NCBI GenBank assembly: GCA_002499195.1
Contig: DAKS01000047.1
Span: 1 to 63,638, forward strand
Source of the DNA: Euryarchaeota archaeon UBA443
GTDB taxonomy: Archaea; Thermoplasmatota; Poseidoniia; Poseidoniales; Poseidoniaceae
DNA length: 63,638 nt
Direction: 5' to 3'
In this document: piece after piece, positions 47,152 through 57,086 of the stretch
Numbering within the stretch: position 1 is the first letter of the stretch
How the letters are laid out: each line of letters opens with the position of its first letter
Position numbers and translations under genes: made by a program
Notes under the pieces: generated by a model
What the model was told of the DNA's origin: nothing
The model's input: only the letters and a program-made list of their open reading frames with translations
The model's database searches: none

Positions 47152-50100
47152 TCATGCCGATACGAACTGTTCAGAGGAAGCGCCACAGTTTGAACATGTG
47201 TCTACATTTTGACAGGTTGGAGAATCGGCATGATATCGAGCACCACAGCCTGGGCATCCTTGCATTGGACCATTGATTGGGGAGCGGCACGACCAACAGA
47301 TCGGTGTTTGTTGTTGAACCACTGGTGATGCGATTGCGGGCGGGTTATTCTTAACGACAGGAGTAGCGGCTTTTGATTGAAGAATGTATAAAACTGCGAG
47401 AAGTCCAACGAGAAGAGCGATTCCTGCGCCGATATAGATCATTGCATTACTTCCAGAAACTGGTTCTTCGAAGGATGCTGTAATATCAACGTTAACCGAT
47501 GTCGTCGATGTTTCAACATCTTGTACACCCGTGAGCCGGAATGTGAGTTGTTGAGTGCCTGTACTTTTGCCGTTCACTTGAATAGTAAATTGTTGGGAAT
47601 CGCCAGCTACTGCATTCACGATATCATCTCCAACGATGGCAGCATCAAGGCCTTCGGTCGTTTCAATTACCAATTGATGCGATAGGTCCGTATTGCCCGA
47701 ATTCAAGATACGTACCTGAAGCGTTCCAGAACCTGTTTCATCGAGAGTTGAAACGCCTGTCACCTCCCACTCAACACTGCGTTGTTCAGCAACGAGCATG
47801 CTGGTCCCTTCGGTCAATGATACATCGTCATCGAACAAAGTAAAGGAAAACGACGGTTGGGTAGCGACTTCGAGAGCCGGAGGCAGTAATATCGAACAAA
47901 CCACTGGGACTACTTCTTCCGCAACCGTACCAACGTCAAAACATTCACCGAAAATGCCTTGCGATAAAGAGGTTGTAATCGAAGGATTCCAAGGAACATC
48001 TGCTTCATTGATAAGAAGCCATGTGAAGGTCATTTCCTGGCCAACAGGATGAGAACCTGGACCAAACGGATGGTCGAAGGTCCGGCCGTCTTCAAACTCC
48101 AATTCAGAAAACGTTAGCGATGGTTGTGGTAACTCGAGAACATCGATCTGCCCAATCCAGCTAAACCGTTGTACTCCTACATCAAGATTCAACTGGATTG
48201 GACCCGATAGAGCATTGCCATTTCCTTTGATGGAGACGAGGATGTTCTTCGATTGCTCTGTCCAGCCCATTTCGATGGCTTGGAGTGATGTCTGTAAAGT
48301 CCATCCAGTTGGAAGAGATAAGCTTGGAACGAGTGTCATATTGACATTGCCTCGATTTTCAATAGTGAAGAGAAGATTGACCAAGGCGTCCGAAGGAGGC
48401 GTCCCAATGTTCGATTCAAGGAGGATTTCCACCTCACGAACTTCCATCACTTCGATGGGAATGTCAACCTCCCATGTTTGTGATGGTTCAGTTTGTGAAA
48501 TAGCGGTCAATGAAACCATTCTTTGTGCACCTGCTGCAGTTGAGACTTGAGGGGGCGTGAACTGCATACCAACATCCATTTGACCACTTTTAGGAATCAA
48601 TCCTGTAGAACCCGATGTTGCACCAGGATCGGCACTCAAATCGGTGAATCCTGCACTCCAACCTGAAGGGGCTTGCAAGAAGAGATCGTAACCTATCTCC
48701 GTATTTCCATCGTTGAAAACGCGAATCGTTAGATTGGTTGGATCGGCAGGATGCACAGGTACAATCGTATAGTCGTATTCGATTCGGAATTCTGGAATAT
48801 CAAGTACATCTAGATAGAGAGAAAGTGGATATGAAATTCCATTGTCGACATCAAGACCAACAATATCGATACGGTACAAACCTGGTGGAGGGGCTTCAGG
48901 ATAGACTACAGTCAACGACACTTCTGCAGTTCCCTTTCCTTGCAATGAAAAGTTTGATGCAGTCATTCCAAGATACCAAGAAACTTCGGAATCATCTGAA
49001 TCCAAATACACTCCGAGAGCATCTATCGACGCGTTTGTTTCCAACAAGGCCGTATTTTCCAACGTTAAATTCCACGTCGAAGTGGTCTGTTCTGCATATT
49101 GTACCTGACGTTCGATAACATCAGATGTAACCTTCACGCCAGGAGCAGTTACATCAACAACCTTGGCCAATATGTTGTTATTTTCTTGGATTTCATCGAT
49201 TATATCATCGGGATCGATGATGAGTTCAAGCGTAGTAACTCCTGATTGTTGAGGCGTCCAATACCATGTGGATTGGCGGCTTGCACCGGGGTTGATGTCC
49301 AGCGTCTTTCGGTCCAGTTCAACCCCGTCAACATTGAAAGTAATATCGACCGATTCAGCCTTGATATTTCCTGCATTGAAGACCTCGGTTGTCAAACGAA
49401 CCTGATCTCCAACCTGAGGGATTGTAACATTCAATTGCATTGAATTGAGAACAACTTGAGGGTCAGGTCGTAAATCGTTCACACCTTGTCCAGAAACAGC
49501 GATTGCAAACGGTTGTGAACCACTTCCAGCATGATAAGCGTCCTTCACACGTACGGTCCAGATGCCTTTCATTGCCGCATCGATAAGGACAACCTCAAGG
49601 TTGTTGATATCGTCTTTTGTACCTCCAGTCGTCGAACGACCATTTGCAAAATCATTGCCGAGATATATTGTTCCATCAGGAGATTCGACTTCTAAATCGA
49701 GATCGTTGACCAAGGCTTTACTGGCAAATCTACTTCCTCGATAATCCGACCAAGCAAGCACTGCTTTGAGTTGTGAATTGGCGTATGTAACATTGAATAC
49801 ATACGATTTCGAAGTTCCCGAACTCGCCAAAACCGAACGGTCATCGACCCATATTCCTCTTCCTTGGGAAGGTGCAAGTGTTTCCTTTAGGTTTACACGC
49901 CCCCAACCTTCGTCATTGTTCGGAATGTCTCTTGAGTTGATATCTTGTGCACCAAGGACTAGAAGCGCTTTCACCAAAGCACCTTGAGGCGATGGTCTTT
50001 GGGCAATTTCGATAAGATATTCACGAATCAGTGTGGCAGCGCCTGCTGCATTAGGTGTTGCCATCGAAGTTCCTGTATACTCAAGATACCACGTCGATTG

Positions 50101-51627
50101 CCAACTTGAACCTGCGATGTCTTGTGCTTCTTGCGCACGACAAGAACGTACGTAACCACCTGGTGCGATGATGTCCGGTTTGATGCGCCCATCATCTGTC
50201 GGCCCACGGGATGAACCTGACATTAGATTATCTGGCGCTCCACTGTATCGTGCTTGGTGATTTCCAATAGTGACAACGTTCTTCGCCGTCGAAGGGGAAC
50301 CAACCGTTCCAGAATTTGGACCATCGTTACCTGCTGCAAACAAGATGGTGAGGCCTTCTTGTCCATTGCTCACTTTATCGTAATTGAAGGCTCGATCATC
50401 AACTGCTTCTGATTCTGAGGTGTATTCACCTTGTGTCGATGTTGCCGAAGAGCCCCATGAATTTGTGTGAATTCTCGCACCCGCATTGTAGGCTGTATTG
50501 AGTAAATAATTCAACGAAGGTGAGGCAAAATTACCTGTATTGTCGTTTTCCATTGCTTGGAAGTAAAGCTCCGCATCCGGCGCTACCCCTGCATAACCTC
50601 CTTTGCTTCCGTCGCCTAGGACTGTACAAGCAACGTGCGTTCCGTGACCTGAATGTTTGTCAGCTGTTGAACCATCGCCAATAACGTCGTAATTTCCAAC
50701 GATGCGTGTTCCAAAGTCGCCATGATCCTCATCCAATCCTGAATCTGCAACTGCTACGATTTGTCCTGAACCATCGAGATCGGTCGTGAAGTAGGATTGC
50801 ATAGTGTTGATTTTCATGTGGTTCTTTGATTGATCGTTATCAAACGCCATTTGAGGTTCAAACCTCAACCACATGACTGAAGGCTGTCGGACTACATCGA
50901 GCAATGAGTCGATCGCAAGATGCCCACGATACTGTCCTTGATCTAGATGCTCAAGATCATCCAGCGCAATTGCAGCAACTTCAGACAATTCTTGTACGAT
51001 GGTGTTGCCTTCAATATCAGTGATGGAAAGCGAGTCTAATTGCTGTTCACTCCACCATCCCTCAAGTCGAACTTCTTCGCCTTGCAACGCTTGTATTCCA
51101 CTTTCGAACATCGCTGCATCAAGCATAGAATCATCCAGGAACATCGCAAGAGGGACGTCCCATTGTGCAACTACACTCGGTATGGATTGAGCATGTGCGA
51201 GTGCGGATGAAGTACCTTGAACCATCAAACCGGATGGCCCAATAAATTCCCGAACTTCAAGACCCGATATTTCAGAAAGGTCATTTCGAACTTCTAGCAT
51301 GTGTCGATCGTTATCGATAAGGAGTAATTGGACGTCCATTCGGGGTTCGAGAACATCGCTGGATAGAGGTCGATTGAGTTCAAGTCCGTTGATTGAGAAT
51401 TCTCCAAGACGTGAATGCGCTACAACAGGACGTTGCTCTTGAACCGATGAGGATTCATAAGTTCCTACAAAATCTGAATAGGCATCGGTACGTATTGAAA
51501 AAAATTCTACATTTCTTTCGTCTTCGAGGTTTGGAGATGACTCTTGCTCTGGGCCGACCATTGAACTCCAAGGACTCATCAACAAGAGAATGAGAATCCC
51601 AAGGGCAAGACGTATTTGTCGCTCCAT
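47152..51627 (-). CDS. Membrane-anchored S8 subtilase (KP-43-like) with CARDB/Ig domains and zinc-ribbon tail
   Basis: Catalytic VADSG, HGTHVA, GTSMATP, oxyanion AAGN; CARDB; TM; CWSC..CPGC and C..CSNC. Confidence 0.9.
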   Translation of the reverse strand: MERQIRLALGILILLLMSPWSSMVGPEQESSPNLEDERNVEFFSIRTDAYSDFVGTYESSSVQEQRPVVAHSRLGEFSINGLELNRPLSSDVLEPRMDVQLLLIDNDRHMLEVRNDLSEISGLEVREFIGPSGLMVQGTSSALAHAQSIPSVVAQWDVPLAMFLDDSMLDAAMFESGIQALQGEEVRLEGWWSEQQLDSLSITDIEGNTIVQELSEVAAIALDDLEHLDQGQYRGHLAIDSLLDVVRQPSVMWLRFEPQMAFDNDQSKNHMKINTMQSYFTTDLDGSGQIVAVADSGLDEDHGDFGTRIVGNYDVIGDGSTADKHSGHGTHVACTVLGDGSKGGYAGVAPDAELYFQAMENDNTGNFASPSLNYLLNTAYNAGARIHTNSWGSSATSTQGEYTSESEAVDDRAFNYDKVSNGQEGLTILFAAGNDGPNSGTVGSPSTAKNVVTIGNHQARYSGAPDNLMSGSSRGPTDDGRIKPDIIAPGGYVRSCRAQEAQDIAGSSWQSTWYLEYTGTSMATPNAAGAATLIREYLIEIAQRPSPQGALVKALLVLGAQDINSRDIPNNDEGWGRVNLKETLAPSQGRGIWVDDRSVLASSGTSKSYVFNVTYANSQLKAVLAWSDYRGSRFASKALVNDLDLEVESPDGTIYLGNDFANGRSTTGGTKDDINNLEVVLIDAAMKGIWTVRVKDAYHAGSGSQPFAIAVSGQGVNDLRPDPQVVLNSMQLNVTIPQVGDQVRLTTEVFNAGNIKAESVDITFNVDGVELDRKTLDINPGASRQSTWYWTPQQSGVTTLELIIDPDDIIDEIQENNNILAKVVDVTAPGVKVTSDVIERQVQYAEQTTSTWNLTLENTALLETNASIDALGVYLDSDDSEVSWYLGMTASNFSLQGKGTAEVSLTVVYPEAPPPGLYRIDIVGLDVDNGISYPLSLYLDVLDIPEFRIEYDYTIVPVHPADPTNLTIRVFNDGNTEIGYDLFLQAPSGWSAGFTDLSADPGATSGSTGLIPKSGQMDVGMQFTPPQVSTAAGAQRMVSLTAISQTEPSQTWEVDIPIEVMEVREVEILLESNIGTPPSDALVNLLFTIENRGNVNMTLVPSLSLPTGWTLQTSLQAIEMGWTEQSKNILVSIKGNGNALSGPIQLNLDVGVQRFSWIGQIDVLELPQPSLTFSELEFEDGRTFDHPFGPGSHPVGQEMTFTWLLINEADVPWNPSITTSLSQGIFGECFDVGTVAEEVVPVVCSILLPPALEVATQPSFSFTLFDDDVSLTEGTSMLVAEQRSVEWEVTGVSTLDETGSGTLQVRILNSGNTDLSHQLVIETTEGLDAAIVGDDIVNAVAGDSQQFTIQVNGKSTGTQQLTFRLTGVQDVETSTTSVNVDITASFEEPVSGSNAMIYIGAGIALLVGLLAVLYILQSKAATPVVKNNPPAIASPVVQQQTPICWSCRSPINGPMQGCPGCGARYHADSPTCQNVDTCSNCGASSEQFVSA

Positions 51628-51691
51628 TAATTTCAACCTCGATTGGAAGACGCATTTATCGCTATGGGTAAATTGTTTGAACAAACCATCA

Positions 51692-52336
51692 TCAGAACAG
51701 TCGTGTCGTCGTTTCGACTTGATCGACAAAGGTTTCGGATGCATAAGTTCCGACGACATGATTTACTTCCAAGAAGTTTTGACTGTTATCGAACATCGTA
51801 TACCTTACTGATATCTTGAGCGTATATTCGTCCCAGACAGTGTAACCCAATACTATCATCTCCAAATCATCTCCTGCAAGGGAAGAATGTGCTTTGACCG
51901 TATCGACTTCAATTCTCATGGTTTGAATTAGTACGTCTTGGGAATCAAGAAATTGAACTTCAACCACAACATCATGTATCGCTCGACTTCCATCATTTTG
52001 TAATTCGGTCATTACCAAATGGCCGCCACGTTGCATGTAGACCGTGTGAATCTCAACATCATCACGTGGGATGACCCAGTACCAACCACTGGCTACTAAA
52101 CCGACCAAGAGCATCAGAATTAATCCAGCAATGGCTACTCGTGCAGGATTGATGTTTCGAATACGTTCCTTAACGAAAAGAGCAACTTCTTGCGCTTGCC
52201 GATAAGCTTCAGCTTGTTCAGGGTCATTCAAATCAAGACCCATTTTCATGGCATCCTGGCGTTGGGTTGCTTCCAGCAAACCCATGGGTTTGGCAGCGAC
52301 GATATCGTCTTCATGAACCACTAATTCATCATCCAT
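51692..52336 (-). CDS. Single-TM hypothetical protein with Ig-like C-terminal domain
   Basis: One TM, beta-rich C-terminus (ELQNDG); GGTGA SD; start 5 bp after the upstream stop. Confidence 0.7.
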   Translation of the reverse strand: MDDELVVHEDDIVAAKPMGLLEATQRQDAMKMGLDLNDPEQAEAYRQAQEVALFVKERIRNINPARVAIAGLILMLLVGLVASGWYWVIPRDDVEIHTVYMQRGGHLVMTELQNDGSRAIHDVVVEVQFLDSQDVLIQTMRIEVDTVKAHSSLAGDDLEMIVLGYTVWDEYTLKISVRYTMFDNSQNFLEVNHVVGTYASETFVDQVETTTRLF

Positions 52337-52340
52337 ATTA

Positions 52341-55300
52341 TCACCCAAAAATCATCGCAAAGAGCGAAGAGATACCCGACGTAAACGGTTCAACTACCAT
52401 GATATGGCGAGTTTCCAACGACCCTCCAGTCAACGTACTGACGACAGAAAGATCGGTAACAACCCCATTGATTCCAATCGATGTAGAAGTAGGAAGAACG
52501 CCCGTAAACTGGGCATCGAGCAAGACGGCTCGTCCATCCATCTCAAGATCTCCGAAGATAGGAGCATATACTCCTGGTTCCAGATGAACCTCTGCACTGG
52601 ATACGAGACGACCGGTTGTGATGTCATCAAGAATGATGACAGGATATCCTAGTGGCCGGTGAATGGTTATCGTCGCTCCTTTGAGATCCTCTCCTATAAT
52701 CTCAAATCGGTCAAGGAAAGCTCCTGGAGCACCAGGAACATTGGATTGGCGCATATACAGCTCTTCAACACCGTTGTCCGATGAAACTATTCGTACGCCC
52801 CAATCTTCTGTAGTTTCAAGTTTGAATGTCTTTGGAAGATTCTTAGCGATCATCAGCGTATCGCCCTTTGCATCTATGGCACGCCCAGTGGCTTCGATAT
52901 ACATGTCCATCTTATCGGAGTTGGAAGCATAATCGAGCGTCATCATACCTTGGAAGGATGTTTCTTCTCGAATATCATAACGTGTATCTGGTTCCGCAGC
53001 AAGACTCATTTCTGAAGGAATGTCTCGGAAAAATATTGTTGCAGGCCACCAGAACCCGTCAACGAAACGATGTTGTTGAATCATCATGGATTCGACACTT
53101 GTTTCACCCTCTCTAAATGCTTGAGGCACATCAACATCGAGCAGAAGGACATCGCCAATAGTGGCAGAAAAGCCGGTCTGCTGAGGGACGCCCTCAATGA
53201 ACGTCTCAGCACGGACAAGACTTTCCAAATCAATGAAAACTGCATATGCATAATCTAGGCGCTGCCCAATATCGTAATTCATTACGAGGGATAGGCGAGG
53301 AACGGTGAGATTATCCTGTCGAGAAAAAGTCGCAGCGACTGAAACGTCTCTCGAAGTTTCGGTATCAAATCCGAAAATTTGTAATTCAGCAGAAGATTGC
53401 TCAACCCCATTCATAGTGATGTACAAGTTCTCTCGTGCAGGAAGCCAATCTTCAAGATCCATTGTGAAATCATATGTTGGAATATTATCGGCAATAGTAA
53501 AGATGTAACTGATTTCTATCTTCCCAGAAGGTAATTGTGGCAACCATGTTCGTAGATGCCAACTACGTCGTTTCTCAAAGGTAACACCAAGCTCTTCAAG
53601 CAATTCAACATCAACACCAACCAGTTCTCGGTCGGTAATAATTCCATCATCGAGGGATTCCATGAGTGGGTAAGCGAACGATAGATTCGTTTGAGAGAAG
53701 GTTGATTCTAACATCTCACGTTCATCAACTTCTACGATATAATCTGCAAGAATTCCATCGATAATATCTCGGCTTGATTCCGTTAGATTGGTTAATTTCG
53801 AGAGATTGAAATCGAGAACGGTTCGCTCAACTGCTTGCATGTCGATTCCATGCTGCCATTCTGGTTGATCGACTGGAACAGTTCCTTTGCGCATGTCTGC
53901 AACAATATCAAAACTTTCACCGGTTGTCATATCAAGTCCATAAGCAACATTCTCTGCTTCTCCAGTAGTATCACCAACGTTTGAAACAAGACCGTACACC
54001 AAATCATTGACAAGGCCGCCTATACCAACAACATCGCCAAGGAAGAAGGATAAGGCTTCAACACCTTCGCCCTGGCTGAAATCGGGGATTTCAAGGCCGC
54101 TTGAATCAAGATCACTGGGGAGAACAAACTCAAGATTTGCTGGCAATGGCTCAAGTCGCATCATACCGTTGAGACCTAAGAACGGATCATCGTAGTTACT
54201 AACATCCTCCATCGAAATACTGAATGGGGACGATACTTGTCGTTGGAGCGCATAGCGTGCACTCCCTTCCGGACCCGTTGAATTTGGATCTACTGGTGAA
54301 TAACGTTGTACAGATTGTACGTTGGATATTTTCGCACTCAGAGATGCTTGTGCTTGATCAGTATCAACCCAGAAACGGAAGTGATCTCCGTCCATTGTTA
54401 GTGGGGTCGTTGCATTCGTCATTTGTACCATAATCGATGTGATCGGCGTTTGTGCTTGGAAACCAATGTTATCGCCAAGATTCAATTGGAATTGAGAAGG
54501 TAAACCTTCGAGACGAATGGCATTTCGCTGAGCTCCTTGTTCACCTCCATAAGTGATTGTTCCAATCGGTTCACTCGCAGTGTAGACTAATTTTACAGGG
54601 TCTTGAACGACACTCAAATCGCTTGGTCTATTCGAAATCATCGCTGATTGGGCGGTAACGTTTCCAAAGTTAGTACCTGAATGTCGAATGTGGCCGACAA
54701 GCAGAGCACCTGATTGTTGACCTTCTAACTCCAACGCTCGAACACTGGTGATTGGGTCATATGATTGGAACACTCGAGAAATGTTTGATACGCGTATGCT
54801 CATCGCTACTGGAACCAGTGGGTCTACTGGTCCGTCCCTACCATCTACCTGTTCAATTTCTGTGTCTTGTGAAAGAAGAATATGATCCGAATCGGTCAAC
54901 CAAGGATGATCACTACTCCCTATTGCCATTGAGATTTGTCCAAGGCTGCTGGGGCCACGAACGGCTCCGTTATTCCAAGTCTGTCGAACTTGGCTCAAGC
55001 AAAGAACTTCCAGTTCCCCTCCAGAACTTCCTGCTGTTCCAACGATTAAATCAGGAAGTGAGTTCAAAATCGAACCTAAATCGAGAACGATTTCAACAAG
55101 CGTTAGCAACGCATTGTCAAGCAATTGTGAGATTGTATTCAAATTTGGATTGTCGAAATTAACTCTCGATATACCACTGGAAGATAATTGGAAACTTCCT
55201 TTGAGAATAAGGACCTCTGGAAGATTTTCCACTTGTATGGTCATGGAACTGACATCGTTCGCATATCCGCCTCGTTTCAACGTTGAATTGTATGAGAGAG

Positions 55301-57011
55301 ATTTAATTCGTTCAGTACCTGCAATCATGATGAGAGTTGCTGGAGGGGCTGCAGGGTTCACTGGCAATGTCAAATCATTTTGATTTGCAGTCACGTCGCC
55401 TGAGAAATTCTTAATGGCAACAATGAACGAAAGCCGGTCAGGGATATCTCCGGGAAGGTTTGCGCTTCCCGGCGCTTCGCCAATCATTGTGAAGATAGCA
55501 TTAATCTCTTCTTGTGGAAGCGTTCCAGACGGAATTCCTCGTATCCACAATCTCGAATCTGTTGTATTACCAAATGTTCCACCTTCGAGCGTATTACTGC
55601 GATCTTCAAAATAATGGAGCCACAAATCGGCACCAACATTGCTGTACAATTCAACCGTATCGAAGGTGTTGTCACCTAGGTTATCGTTGCGTAAGACCAA
55701 ATCAACTTCTTCTGGCAAGATATTGGTGCCATACTCGGGATGGATTCCGACGTCTAGGTATCCCATGTCAATAATTTCAGCTTCTCCTTGTTGGTCGATC
55801 TGATCGAATTGAATAAAACCGATACCAATGCCATAGCCGCATTTATGCAATTCACTCCCCGAACCATGATCATTGAGCACATCATAATACGTCTCATCAC
55901 ATTCCGTTTGTTTATTTTCAGAATCTGAATTTGGATTCCGTATCGATATTGAATACGGGGCTGAAACCGATACGAGTGATAGTGCATCTGCAGGCAATGC
56001 TCCGCCTGTCAAGAAATCCGTTAGCAATCCCAAGACGTTCCCTATTGTGTTTGAGATGCTAAATCGGAATTCTTGGATTCCCACCTCAACTCTGAAGTTG
56101 TTTGGAGGTTGTGTTAATCGTGTATCGAGAACCAGGGCATATGATTGTGAATCTTGAATTGCAGAATCGAAAGCCAGCCCTTTGAGAAGTGAAACTTCCA
56201 TGTGTGCAAGTTCATCCCAAATTGGATCATTCTCATTCAAGTAATCGATTTTCCATTGGAAAGTTGGTCTTAACCATAACGTATCGGGAATACTTGGTGG
56301 AATTGACAGTGGATTCAATGGAGGTTCGAATCCGAACCCTTCGTTGAGCGTAAATAGGCCGAGGACCGTTAGTGAAATCGATACGTCGTCAACCGAATCA
56401 CCATCGATATCGATATAATTCTCAAACAGTACAAGATCGGTGCCAATAAACAACTCTCCAGTGAAGGTTCCATACTCCCAAGCCTCGTACTGCGGGCCAC
56501 TATCGCGACTTGAGAAGTTGATGTATAATGCGTATGTGTTTATGCCCACTGCAAGTGGATCGGTAATGCTCCAAGATTCGAGCGAAAAGAGTGTTTGAAC
56601 AAGATTGTCTGGCCAACCTTCTGGTTGTGTATTAGTATCGAGAAGGACTTCGTATGGACGAGGGTGATCAGGTTCGAATGGAGTCGTATCTCTCAACTGA
56701 GCCTGACTGAGGTATTCGGTCGAATCATTCAGAGGATCTCCTTCACGGCTCTCACGCTTTGCCGCTTCGACAAGAGCTAGTGAAGAGGCTGATGAACCAG
56801 CAGCAATAATCATATCATCACTCGATTCTTGAAGTTCCATAAGGTCAGATAGTTTCTCCATCATACCGAAATCATCCTGCTCGACGGAAACATCCGCTTG
56901 TACCGGTTGGAAAATAGGGACGAGAAGGACAATGACCAGAAATGCAGCCAATCGTCCGCGTTTTGGTTGATGCAATCCTGGTCGAATCAATCGAATCGCT
57001 TCCTCGACCAT
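52341..57011 (-). CDS. 1556-aa secreted or membrane hypothetical protein, beta-rich
   Basis: Long uninterrupted ORF; N-terminal signal/TM; hydrophobic C-terminus. Confidence 0.75.
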   Translation of the reverse strand: MVEEAIRLIRPGLHQPKRGRLAAFLVIVLLVPIFQPVQADVSVEQDDFGMMEKLSDLMELQESSDDMIIAAGSSASSLALVEAAKRESREGDPLNDSTEYLSQAQLRDTTPFEPDHPRPYEVLLDTNTQPEGWPDNLVQTLFSLESWSITDPLAVGINTYALYINFSSRDSGPQYEAWEYGTFTGELFIGTDLVLFENYIDIDGDSVDDVSISLTVLGLFTLNEGFGFEPPLNPLSIPPSIPDTLWLRPTFQWKIDYLNENDPIWDELAHMEVSLLKGLAFDSAIQDSQSYALVLDTRLTQPPNNFRVEVGIQEFRFSISNTIGNVLGLLTDFLTGGALPADALSLVSVSAPYSISIRNPNSDSENKQTECDETYYDVLNDHGSGSELHKCGYGIGIGFIQFDQIDQQGEAEIIDMGYLDVGIHPEYGTNILPEEVDLVLRNDNLGDNTFDTVELYSNVGADLWLHYFEDRSNTLEGGTFGNTTDSRLWIRGIPSGTLPQEEINAIFTMIGEAPGSANLPGDIPDRLSFIVAIKNFSGDVTANQNDLTLPVNPAAPPATLIMIAGTERIKSLSYNSTLKRGGYANDVSSMTIQVENLPEVLILKGSFQLSSSGISRVNFDNPNLNTISQLLDNALLTLVEIVLDLGSILNSLPDLIVGTAGSSGGELEVLCLSQVRQTWNNGAVRGPSSLGQISMAIGSSDHPWLTDSDHILLSQDTEIEQVDGRDGPVDPLVPVAMSIRVSNISRVFQSYDPITSVRALELEGQQSGALLVGHIRHSGTNFGNVTAQSAMISNRPSDLSVVQDPVKLVYTASEPIGTITYGGEQGAQRNAIRLEGLPSQFQLNLGDNIGFQAQTPITSIMVQMTNATTPLTMDGDHFRFWVDTDQAQASLSAKISNVQSVQRYSPVDPNSTGPEGSARYALQRQVSSPFSISMEDVSNYDDPFLGLNGMMRLEPLPANLEFVLPSDLDSSGLEIPDFSQGEGVEALSFFLGDVVGIGGLVNDLVYGLVSNVGDTTGEAENVAYGLDMTTGESFDIVADMRKGTVPVDQPEWQHGIDMQAVERTVLDFNLSKLTNLTESSRDIIDGILADYIVEVDEREMLESTFSQTNLSFAYPLMESLDDGIITDRELVGVDVELLEELGVTFEKRRSWHLRTWLPQLPSGKIEISYIFTIADNIPTYDFTMDLEDWLPARENLYITMNGVEQSSAELQIFGFDTETSRDVSVAATFSRQDNLTVPRLSLVMNYDIGQRLDYAYAVFIDLESLVRAETFIEGVPQQTGFSATIGDVLLLDVDVPQAFREGETSVESMMIQQHRFVDGFWWPATIFFRDIPSEMSLAAEPDTRYDIREETSFQGMMTLDYASNSDKMDMYIEATGRAIDAKGDTLMIAKNLPKTFKLETTEDWGVRIVSSDNGVEELYMRQSNVPGAPGAFLDRFEIIGEDLKGATITIHRPLGYPVIILDDITTGRLVSSAEVHLEPGVYAPIFGDLEMDGRAVLLDAQFTGVLPTSTSIGINGVVTDLSVVSTLTGGSLETRHIMVVEPFTSGISSLFAMIFG

Positions 57012-57045
57012 GATAACAGGTTAAGGAACTCATATCTGAAACCAT

Positions 57046-57071
57046 CCCCGTTATGTTTGTACAAAACGGGG
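57046..57071. terminator. Putative stem-loop between the PKD gene and the 1556-aa gene
   Basis: CCCCGTT-N12-AACGGGG inverted repeat 15 bp past the PKD gene stop. Confidence 0.35.
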
Positions 57072-57086
57072 TTCTTATCCACTGTT

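Noticed and set aside
5134-51759. Long N-terminal extensions in the ORF track (starts 5134, 7617, 15459, 19500, 29772, 38888, 43654, 51759)
   Set aside because: They overlap neighbouring genes; internal ATGs fit SD or TATA spacing and family boundaries better
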